64,000 nucleotides of DNA from NCBI GenBank assembly GCA_964016885.1, contig OZ024762.1, positions 28,210,001-28,274,000 on the forward strand, read 5' to 3'. The translations under genes were made by a program, and so were the position numbers. A model generated the notes under the pieces. It did no database searches, was not told the origin of the DNA, and worked only from the letters and a program-made list of their open reading frames with translations. The DNA is from Eledone cirrhosa (Eukaryota). Shown here piece by piece: positions 54,258-64,000 of this stretch (position 1 is the first letter of the stretch; every line of letters starts with the position of its first letter).

Positions 54258-55739
54258 GTAAGACCCAGAAATAAATATCGTTTGGGGTTGGTAGTTACTG
54301 TTATGGATGATAGGAAGAGCATCCAAAACATGAGCTGTAGAAACCATGCCAAAAAGAAAAATTGAGAAGCCTCTTAAGTTGTGTGAAGGACATGGCAACT
54401 TGTCTAGTGTTGGTGATATTATAGAATGCATCCAGTACACTCTGAAGTAATAGGTGACTGGAAGGGCATCCAGCTGTAGAATCCATGCCAAAAAAAGAAG
54501 TTAAGAAGCCTCTTAAGCCTTTAGTATATAAAAGGGCCAAATCTGGCCAGAATTCTCTCACCTCTTTCTGTTGAAACTGGCTGTAACTGGCCACTCATAC
54601 TGATGTTAAGGTATTGTTCTCAAAATAAATATCAAGATCTCATAGATTCGATATGTGAGATAATTGGGAGGTAAAGTCTTTGTAGTGAAAATATAATAGT
54701 AGATATAGAGTAGTAAATGGGTTAAGTTGTGTCCTTGACGAGACAACCTATCTTGTGTTGGTGTTATGATAGAATGCACCCAGTACACTCTGTGAAGTAA
54801 TAGGTGATAGGAAGGGTACCCAGCTGTAGAAACCGTGTCAAGCAAATGAGTGCCAAGGGAACGCCAATATCTCTAGTGTTGATGAAATACACCCAGTACA
54901 CTCTGTAATGTGGGTGATAAGAAGGTCTTCAAACCATAGAAAACTTAGTTGTGATACAAAGATAGGTTGGAGAATTATTGAAGAGAAACCAAGTTTGTAT
55001 TGGAAACCTGAGTGAAGAAGGATGTAAGTAAACACAACAAGGTATTCTCTTCTGCTTCAGCTAATCCTTCTCCTTATTTCGTACATTAGAACATCAGATA
55101 GAATGTTATATACACAATTTGTTCCATCTTTCTGCTCTCTGAGGTCAACATCGCCTTTCATCCATTCAAAGTCAATAAAAAACGTACGAGACTAGAAGTA
55201 GAGTTGATTCTTCCTCTATATCCCTTTCTCACTTCCATATTCTCACTCTTTATCTTACCCTGGAAGAAATCTGCTGTATTCAAACCTGGAGAGAGGAGAT
55301 GGGCTCCCCCAGGTTTTAAAAATGCTTTAGAAACGCCGTATGTAGTCAATATGGCTTCCCTACGACTCGCTCAGGAGTTACGGGACTTAAATGGGAAAGG
55401 AATAGATCATCTACTGATAATAAATAATAAAAAAAATTATTCAAGGACGTTCACTCTAAAAAGCAATATCAGAGTTGACTCCCCTGAGTTTATTTATTAT
55501 TTTTTTATTTTTTTACACGGGTTCTTAAATTTATTTTGTTATGGAATCCTTGTATGATTTTTTTTTTTTTTTATCAACAGGCGACACTAAATGTAATGGT
55601 GGCGAGAGACAAGAGGCTATAGTGTTTGGCAACCGAACGGGGTCTATACAGAGTTTGAGAGGACTCTTCACTCTCCTCGAACATGTGACATTTCTAGTGC
55701 TAGTGACATGATAAAATATACCCAGTACACTCTGTAAAG

Positions 55740-56049
55740 CAGAAGTTCCCAACCACTGGGTCATGGACCAGTACTGGTCCATGGATCATTTGCTACCAGG
55801 CCACAAAGAAATAATTAACTTGTTTAAAATTATATAATAGATAAATTGAATATTGAACTTTAATTTAAAAAGATTTGTTTAAATATTCAATATTCATCTA
55901 CTCAATACACTTTTTCTTCCCTTTAATAAATTGCTATTTTTATTATTGCTCTCTTTATCGAAATGCACTTAAATAATATGTGCAACTATCGGTTCATGAT
56001 TGTCCTGCATGAAGTCAGTCCGTTGTATAAAAAAGGTTGGAGACCACTA
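55740..56049. mobile_element. hAT (Charlie-like) MITE
   Basis: Ends cagaagttcccaacc and ggttggagaccacta, 8-bp TSD ctgtaaag at 55732-55739 and 56050-56057. Confidence 0.85.
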
Positions 56050-56379
56050 CTGTAAAGTGGTTGTGTTGGTGCCATGATAAATTGTACCCAGTATGCCCTA
56101 TAAAGTGTTAGTGTTGGTGCTATGATAAAATGTACTCAGTACACACAGACAGGTGGCTGGCACCAGGATGAGGAACACGTCCTAGAAAGCATGCCAAATA
56201 TGGAACATAAGAGTAAGATGTGATTGCTCCAGCTCATCCGGTCTCAGATCCTAACCTCTCTTACCCATGCAAGATACAAACAATTGTAACACCAACAATA
56301 ACAACTATGAAGGCAGAGAGAGAAATGAATAAAATAAAAGCCAGAAAAAATATTGGGGGAAAAACAAAGAAAGGTTTAA

Positions 56380-56780
56380 CCCTTTAGCATTTAAATTGGC
56401 TGTATCTGGCCAGAATTCTCTCACCTCTTTCTGTACAAATTGGTCATAATTGACCTCTCATACTGATGTTAAAGTATTATCATCAAAATAATATCAAAAT
56501 CTCATAGATTCGATATTATGTGAGGTAAAGTTTTTACCATGAAAATACAATAGTATATATTGAGTAATGTAAATGCTAAAGGGTTAACCCTTTAGCATTT
56601 AAACCTGCCATATCCAGCCAGAATCTTCTCACCTTTTTCTGTTCAAACCGGTTGTAACCAGTCACTCATACAGACGTTAATGTATTGTTCTCAAAATGAA
56701 TAAAATCAAAATCTTGTAGATTCGATATTATGTGAGATAATTATTTGAGATAAAGCCTTTACTGTGAAAATACAATAGTT
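56380..56780. mobile_element. Two head-to-tail piggyBac-type MITEs sharing one TTAA. First copy complete, 204 bp (56380-56583)
   Basis: TTAA-CCCTTTAGCATTTA...TAAATGCTAAAGGG-TTAA-CCCTTTAGCATTTA. Confidence 0.88.
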
Positions 56781-56873
56781 TATAAATAAATTTTAGTTTA
56801 TATACACTAAATAAATATCAGCAACAAAATTAAATACATACAAACACTGTATATACACACTCTATATTTTCAG

Positions 56874-56955
56874 GAACGCATGAGAATCCAGAGTTGATCT
56901 GGAATGATGATGCCAGAGAGAAAGTCTGTGATTTGATCAAGAAACTTAAAGCTCA
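56874..56955 (+). CDS. DNAJC13: DNAJC13 exon 12 ([28 protein letters not shown])
   Basis: ttttcag acceptor, CA|gtaagt donor, 82 nt phase 1/2. HENPELIWN repeat. Confidence 0.95.
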
Positions 56956-57900
56956 GTAAGTTCTTACATATATCTTCTTCTTTGCCTACTTATTCCTGGG
57001 AGTGTCATGGGTGGGTGGGTGGGGGGGATCCTGTCGGAAGTAACTGGATCTCCAAGCGTGACCAGCCGAGCTCATGGATGTTATCCAATCAACTTGCTCG
57101 AGGTCTACTCTTGGGTCTCCTGCCTGTTGGTTTTACCTGTGAAATCTGCAACGATTCTTTCCTGAAACATTCTAACCACAATAGTCATCTCAGTGGCCTA
57201 GTGGGACAGGTATTAGAGATGGTGGAGATCCTGATCTGAGGTTCAATCCTGGCCAGGGGATACAGATAGGGCGATCTTATATATATATACATATTTTGTA
57301 TATATGTGCGTATGTTTATATATATATATATACACAAACACACACGCACATACTTGTGTCAACATGAAACAGACATTTGGGGATGCTATTTCAACATCGT
57401 CTATTGCAGAGTTTCTCATAGTGGGTGCTACTGCCCCCTGGTGGGCATTGAGAAGGTCCAGAGAGCGCTGGAACCTAAGGAGGTGGTAGAGGTGATATAA
57501 TAGTATATTAAATATCAAATGACACATATTATATATAAATATAATGAAATAAAAAATATATAATATTTATTAATACATATCATACTAGCATGGGTTAGAC
57601 GGGAATTGTCCCACTTGAGGCAAGATTGATCAGGTGACTGTGTCTCGCTCGTATAGAACTGTATCTGGCAGGTTTAGGAAGGGCAACAAGCCATAGAAAT
57701 CAAGCCAAAATCAGTTCTGACCTGGCATTGCCCACAATAGGACAACCCATCTAACCCATGCTGAATGGAAGAATGTATGTAAAATGGTGATGATGATATA
57801 TAGTAATAATAAATGTGAAGACTAAAATCTGAAGAGGAGTCAATAAGGATTATATATATATATATATAAACCCGTAGAACAATATATATTTATATATATA

Positions 57901-59757
57901 TCATCATCATCGTTTAACGTCCATCTTCCACGCAAGCATGGGTTTGGACAGGAATTTTCCCACTTGAGGCAAAATTGGTTGTCTTGCTCGTGTAGGACTG
58001 TCTGGCAAGTTTTCTACGGCTGGATGCCCTTCCTAACACCAACCACATTTGCAGTGTGGACTGGGAGGTTTTTACCGTGTTACCTACACGGCCACATTAC
58101 AGCGTGGACTGTGTGTTTTTTTTTGTCATGACACCTACACGCCCTCATTTGTTTCGGACTGGATGTTGTGGTACCAACATAACTTTACATTGGAAGGGGT
58201 GGTGTGGATGGGGTGGGGGTAGTGGGGCCGGGGTATATTTTGTTAGAGGTGCCTACTGACTAGGTTTTGCTTTGTATTTAGGCAAGGCGGGTCTTCTGTA
58301 TTACTGTGTAGCGCCAAAGATCTCGGTCCAGTGACATTGTCTTGGAGAGGTGTAAGTATGTGAGGTCGGAATTTAGCAAGTCGTCCCAGGTTTTTCTGGG
58401 TCTGCCTACTCCGTGGCTACCGTCTATTTTTATCGCCCTGCACTTTTTTATACAGCTGTCGTCTTTCATGCGTATCACGTGACCATACCAACATAGTCTT
58501 CTCTCGAGTAAACAGCATCTGATCCCTCTTATTCCTAATTTCTCCCTTAGTTCATTTATGCTTTGCCGTTCACGTATATTACTATTACACATCCAGCGGA
58601 GCATGCAAGCTTCGTTCCTCTCCAGTCTGCGTATATCCTCTGCACACAATGCCCAGGTCTCACTGCCATGCAACATTGCCGTTCGTATGCAGGCATCGTA
58701 CAGCCTGCCTTTCATTTTTAGTGAGAACCCTTTAGCGGCCAATAGTGGTATAAGCTCTCTGAACTTTTTCCATCCCGTTCTGACTCTAGCTACTGTACTT
58801 TCAGAGCACCCTCCACCACTGCTGATTTTGTCACCCAGGTAACGGAAGGTGTCCACTATTTCTATAGAACCATCTGTGCAATGGAATGAGCTAGTATTCT
58901 GTGGGCACTTGCTGCTACTTATTGCACCAGAGCACCGGCCACATATAAAATCTATATTCTTAGTTAGCTTACCTGTGATTCCACTACATCTTTTATGCAC
59001 CCATACTTTGCATTTGGGACATAAAATGGAGTTTCTGCCTACTCCTTTCCTACACATTGAGCATGGCCATTTCCCAGATGGGACTGGTGCCCTATTTTCC
59101 TTCCTACAAACTAGAACTTTAGTCTTTGACAGGTTAATGTTAAGGCCTTTTGATTCTAGGCCATGCTTCCATATTTGGAATTTCTTCTCTAGTTCAGCCA
59201 TTGATTCAGCTATGAGCGTTAGATCATCTGCGTATAGGAGTTCCCATGGGCAGCCGGTCTTAAACTCCTCTGTTATAGCCTGAAGGGCAATAATAAATAG
59301 TAGGGGGCTAAGGAGGAAGCCCTGATGAATACCAACTTTTACGCTAAACTCTTCACTATATTCGTTAATTCTAACCTTGCTGACTGTTTCTTTACACATG
59401 GCTTGTATAGCTCTCACAAACCATTCATCAACACCTAGTTTTCTAAGGGCCCACCAGATAATGGAGCGGGGGACTCTATCAAAGGCTTTCTCCAAGTCAA
59501 CAAAAGCTAGGTACTTCCCCCCTAGTTGTCATACAATGAAAAGAGTGTCTGTGGTACTTTTACCTGACACAAACCCGAACTGCATTTCCTCTAGATCAAT
59601 TCGCTCTCTGATTAGTTGCGCTATTAATTTTTCTGTGACCTTCATGACCTGGTCGATTAATTTAATGCCTCTATAGTTACCCCTATCTAGGGCATCTCCT
59701 TTACCCTTGTAGCAGTTAATGATGATGCTGCTACGCCAGTCCTTCGGAACGACCCCA
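57901..59757 (-). mobile_element. RTE family B, 5'-truncated, long open RT frame 58278-59495
   Basis: DLEKAFDRV, YADD, PHD-like finger, 3' UTR and (CAT)n at 57901. Confidence 0.95.
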
Positions 59758-60350
59758 TATATATATATATATATATGTGTGATTACACACTTTACAAATT
59801 ATCCCTTGTGATTGTTTCATGTGTTTATTTTAAATATATATATATATATATGTCAATCAATTTCTAGTTGATATAAAATGCTCGGATCTATTCATTGGAA
59901 TCTTTGAGCTTATTCTACGGTGGATATGGCGCATGTCTCGGACATGACTCCCTAATTTTAATTGAATTAAATTAATTTTGGATATATATATATATTTCCA
60001 TTGGTCTTTCCAATTGCTAATACTATCTATCAGTCGCAACTCCAGGTAGAAGGAGCAACGTGAAATAAAGTGTCTTGCTCAAGGACATAACGCATCACCT
60101 GGTCCGGGAATCGAAATCACAACAATCAAATTGGATTGCGAATCCAATTCTCTAACCACTCAGCCACACGCCTTCACTAAAGGATCGATCGACTTTCGTC
60201 AAATTGGACCGAGGAAACAATGTTTCCGTTGGTCTTTCCAGTTGCTAATACTATCTATCGGTCGCAACTACAGGTAGGAGCAACGTGAAATAAAGTGTCT
60301 TGCTCAAGGATATATATATATATTTATATACCCACAATCTTCTATTGTAG

Positions 60351-60567
60351 ACATTATCGTGCTCAGAGAGACAATCCAGACACAAGATGGAGTCTCCCAG
60401 ATGACTTTGCGATGGTTTACTCTGACGTGCAGGGAGAACTTACGATTGGAGGTGTCTTCTTACGACTGTTCATTGCAAATCCCAGTTGGGTCTTACGGAA
60501 ACCCAAGGAATTTTTGACAGAGTTAATGGAGAAATGGGTTCGCCTTGTTGAAGATAGGGCCCCAGAT
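60351..60567 (+). CDS. DNAJC13: DNAJC13 exon 13 (Q-HYRAQRDNPD...GELTIGGVFLRLFIANPSWVLRKPKEFL...APD)
   Basis: attgtag acceptor, GAT|gtaagt donor, 217 nt phase 2/0. Confidence 0.96.
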
Positions 60568-61197
60568 GTAAGTCTTACTTGTTTTTTTGATTTTAACTAT
60601 TTTTCCTTTTACTGCTTTCACTCATTGAACTGCAACCATGTTGGGGCAGCCCCTTTATTTTGGAATACTAACTTTGTGGTGCTCCACCCCTCTTTATGTT
60701 AAGGGACACTCCCTCCATGTTGCTCCACCTTCTCTTCATGTTGCTTCACCCCTCTTCATGTTAAGGCACGCCCCATTCATATTGAATCACACTTCTCATG
60801 TTGCTCCACTCCCTCTCATGTTAAGGCACCTCCCTCCCCACTATTGATGTCAACCCCTATTAGTCTTTTATAATCTTTATATTTATTTAAGTAAAAAACC
60901 CATGCTAGCATGGAAGATGGACGTTAAACGAAGATGATGATGATGATAGTCAAAGTTCTACATAAGTTACCTGGCTCAAATTGGCTCTGGTTCTATGAAA
61001 TAAAGCTACCCGTTTTAAATGTTTCCAATTTAAATTAAAATCTTCCAACATAATTTTATATAAGAACCTTACATTAAGTTACTTTTTATTTCTTAGTAAT
61101 GAGTAATTAAGGATTTTAGTAAATCCCTCAAAATTCTTCATTGACCCTTTAGCATTTAAACCAGCCATATTGGCCAGAATTCTCTCTCCTCTCTCTG

Positions 61198-61390
61198 TCC
61201 AGGTCTTCCTTGGTCCACCTCTGCCCAGGTCTTCTTTGGTCCACCTCTGCACAGGTCTTCCTTGGTCCACCTCTGCCCAGGTCTTCTTCCTTGGTCCACC
61301 TCTGCCCAGGTCTTCTTCCTTGGTCCACCTCTGCCCAGGTCTTCTTCCTTGGTCCACCTTTGCTCAGGTCTTCCTTGGTCCACCTCTACT
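61198..61390. repeat. ~27-30-bp tandem repeat derived from an RTE C-terminal segment
   Basis: ggtcttcttccttggtccacctctgccca about 7 times. Minus strand reads RGGPRKKTWAEV. Confidence 0.8.
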
Positions 61391-61507
61391 GCAGTTCCCT
61401 TCCACTTAACCCTGCTATGTACTTATTTTATATATTTATATATTATTTATATATTTTTCTTTTATGTACACACAAACACACATACACACACATACACACA
61501 AACACAG

Positions 61508-61687
61508 GGTGAAATTTTGGAGACGATAACAATGGCACTGGTGTGTTTATTCCAATCACAAGTTGCTTTACTTGATCAAGTGCCAGGACTTGGTTACATT
61601 CCTCATCTATTCCAAGTTATGCAGGCCAAAAACCCAGCTATACCAAAGTCTGCCATTCAAATACTTCACCAACTGACCAACAGTGAG
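61508..61687 (+). CDS. DNAJC13: DNAJC13 exon 14 (GEILETITMALVCLFQSQ...DQVPGLGYIP...IPKSAIQILHQLTNSE)
   Basis: acacag acceptor, GAG|gtaagt donor, 180 nt. The gene continues beyond the window. Confidence 0.95.
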
Positions 61688-61819
61688 GTAAGTCCTAGAT
61701 TCCACTCTCTCTTTCTGTGACACATCATATGACATGTCTTAATTAGTTGACCTCGCTCTTTCTCTGACATTTATATCATATGACATGTTTTAATTAGCTG
61801 ATCTCTCTCTCTCTCTCTA

Positions 61820-64000
61820 ACCGTGTAACCGTGATAAGTGTGTCCTTAATGATGATGGTGTACTTGCTATCACTGACGCTGATAAGGTAGCTTGGAAGTG
61901 TCACTATGAAAGGCTACTAAATGAGGAGAATAAATGGGAGAAAGACAGTCTCCCCCACATCGACCCAATAGAGGGACCAGCAGTGTTAGTCGAAGGTAGT
62001 ATAATAAGTAAGGCAATCAAAGATATGAAGGCGGCTGGGGCTTCGGAAATAGTTGCTGAAATGCTGAAAGAATCTGGAACGGTGGGACACACTATGGTCA
62101 CCCGGACAGTAAACCAAGTCATACAGAATGGGGCCGTTCCGAAGGACTGGCGTAGCATCATCATCATTAACTGCTACAAGAGTAAAGGAGATGCTCTTAA
62201 TTGGGGTAACTATAGAGGCATTAAATTAATCGACCAGGTCATAAAGGTCACAGAAAAAGTAATAGCGCAATTAATCAGAGAACGAATTGATCTAGATGAA
62301 ATGCAGTTTGGGTTTGTCTCAGGTAAAAGTACCACAGACGCTCTTTTCATTGTACGACAACTACAGAAGTACCTAGCTAAAAGTAAACCCCTATACTTAG
62401 CTTTTGTTGACTTGGAGAAAGCCTTTGACAGAGTCCCCCGCTCCATTATCTGGTGGGCGCTTAGAAAACTAGGTGTTGATGAATGGCTCATGAGAGCTAT
62501 ACAAGCCATGTGTAAAGAAACAGTCAGCAAGGTTAGAATTAACAACGAATATAGTGAAGAGTTTAGCGTAAACGTTGGTGTTTATCAGGGCTCCGTTCTT
62601 AGCCCCCTACTATTTATCATTGCCCTTCAGGCTATAACAGAGGAGTTCAAGACCGGCTGCCCATGGGAACTCCTATATGCAGATGATCTAACGCTCATAG
62701 CTGAATCAATGGCCGAACTAGAGAAGAAATTCCAAACATGGAAGCATGGCCTAGAATCAAAAGGCCTTAAAGTTAACTTGTCTAAGACTAAAGTTCTAGT
62801 TTGTAGGAAGGAAAATAGGGCACCGGTCCCATCTGGGAAATGGCCATGCTCAGTGTGTAGGAAAGGAGTAGGCAGAAACTCCATTTTATGTCCCAAATGC
62901 AAAGTATGGGTGCATAAAAGATGTAGTGGGATCACAGGTAAGCTAACTAAGAATCATCATCATCATCATCATCACCGATTTACGTCCGTTCTTCCACGCT
63001 ACCATGGGTTAGACGGGTTGTCCTGTTGTGGGCAGTGTCTGGTCGGCTGACCATGCCTTGTTCATACAGGAACTGATTTGGCTTGATTTCTACAGCTGGA
63101 TGCCCTTCCTAACACCAACCTCATTTACAGTGAGTGCTGGGTGCTTTTTCGTGGCGCCTACACGTCCACTTTACAGTGTGGGCTGGGTGCTTTTTTTGCC
63201 GTGGCACCTCCACGACAACCTTGCGGTCGGGGCATATTGTCTATATGCTTCAGCTTGTACCCATGGGAGGTTGGGTACTCTGTATTACTGCGTGACGCCA
63301 GAGGTCACGGTCGTGTGTCATTGCCTTTGAGAGGTGTAATTGAGTAAGAATATAGATTTTATATGTGGCCGGTGCTCTGGTGCAATAAGTAGCAGCAAGT
63401 GCCCACAGAATACTAGCTCATTCCATTGCACAGATGGTTCTATAGAAATATTGGACACCTGCTGTTACCTGGGTGACAAAATCAGCAGTGGTGGAGGGTG
63501 CTCTGAAAGTACAGTAGCTAGAGTCAGAACGCGATGGAAAAAGTTCAGAGAGCTTATACCACTATTGGCCGCTAAAGGGTTCTCTCTAAAAATGAAAGGC
63601 AGGCTGTATGATGCCTGCATATGAACAGCAATGTTACATGGCAGTGAGACCTGGGCATTGTGTGCAGAGGATATACGCAGACTGGAGAGAAACGAAGCTT
63701 GCATGCTCCGCTGGATGTGTAATAGTAATATACGTGAACGGCAAAGCATAAACGAACTAAGGGAGAAATTAGGAATAAGAGGGATCAGATGTTGTTTACT
63801 CGAGAGAAGACTATGTTGGTACGGTCACGTGATGCGCATGAAAGACGACGGCTGTATAAAAAAGTGCAGGGCGATAAAAATAGACGGTAGCCACGGAGTA
63901 GGCAGACCCATAAAAACCTGGGACGACTTGATAAATTCCGACCTCACACACTTACACCTCTCCAAGACAATGTCACTAGACCGAGAAGACCCGCCTCACC
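61820..64000 (+). mobile_element. RTE family B, 5'-truncated, interrupted by a family A fragment, running off the window
   Basis: RT motifs in ORF 61983-63050 and continuation from ~63350. Confidence 0.94.
62955..63344 (-). mobile_element. RTE family A 3' fragment nested in the family B element
   Basis: (CAT)n tail at 62955, duplicated taagaat at 62948-62954 and 63345-63351. Confidence 0.9.

Noticed and set aside
57826-57880. Hammerhead interrupted by (TA)n (ctgaagag gagtc aataag gatt...aacccgtaga)
   Set aside because: GAAA is missing and stem I does not pair. Too speculative.

Overview
Eukaryotic, repeat-dense genomic DNA, most likely an octopod cephalopod (inferred from the RTE and SINE repertoire). 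It holds 14 consecutive GT-AG coding exons on the + strand (5096-61687) of DNAJC13/RME-8, C-terminal ARM-repeat half. Phases are consistent and there are no stops. The introns are packed with nested transposons: two related RTE LINE families whose RT carries an inserted PHD-like finger, a near full-length decayed R4/Dong-type RLE LINE, a hAT (Buster/Charlie) element with exact TIRs and 8-bp TSD, a Helitron, piggyBac/hAT/Tc1-type MITEs, tRNA SINEs and large micro- and minisatellites. The most notable system is a set of Penelope-like elements carrying minimal type I hammerhead ribozymes: five motifs of four sequence types, two of them sense to the host pre-mRNA. These include a probable Naiad-type element with an uninterrupted RT+GIY-YIG frame and about 2.4-kb inverted arms that would form a giant intronic hairpin. 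All family assignments come from motif recognition by eye, not database searches.
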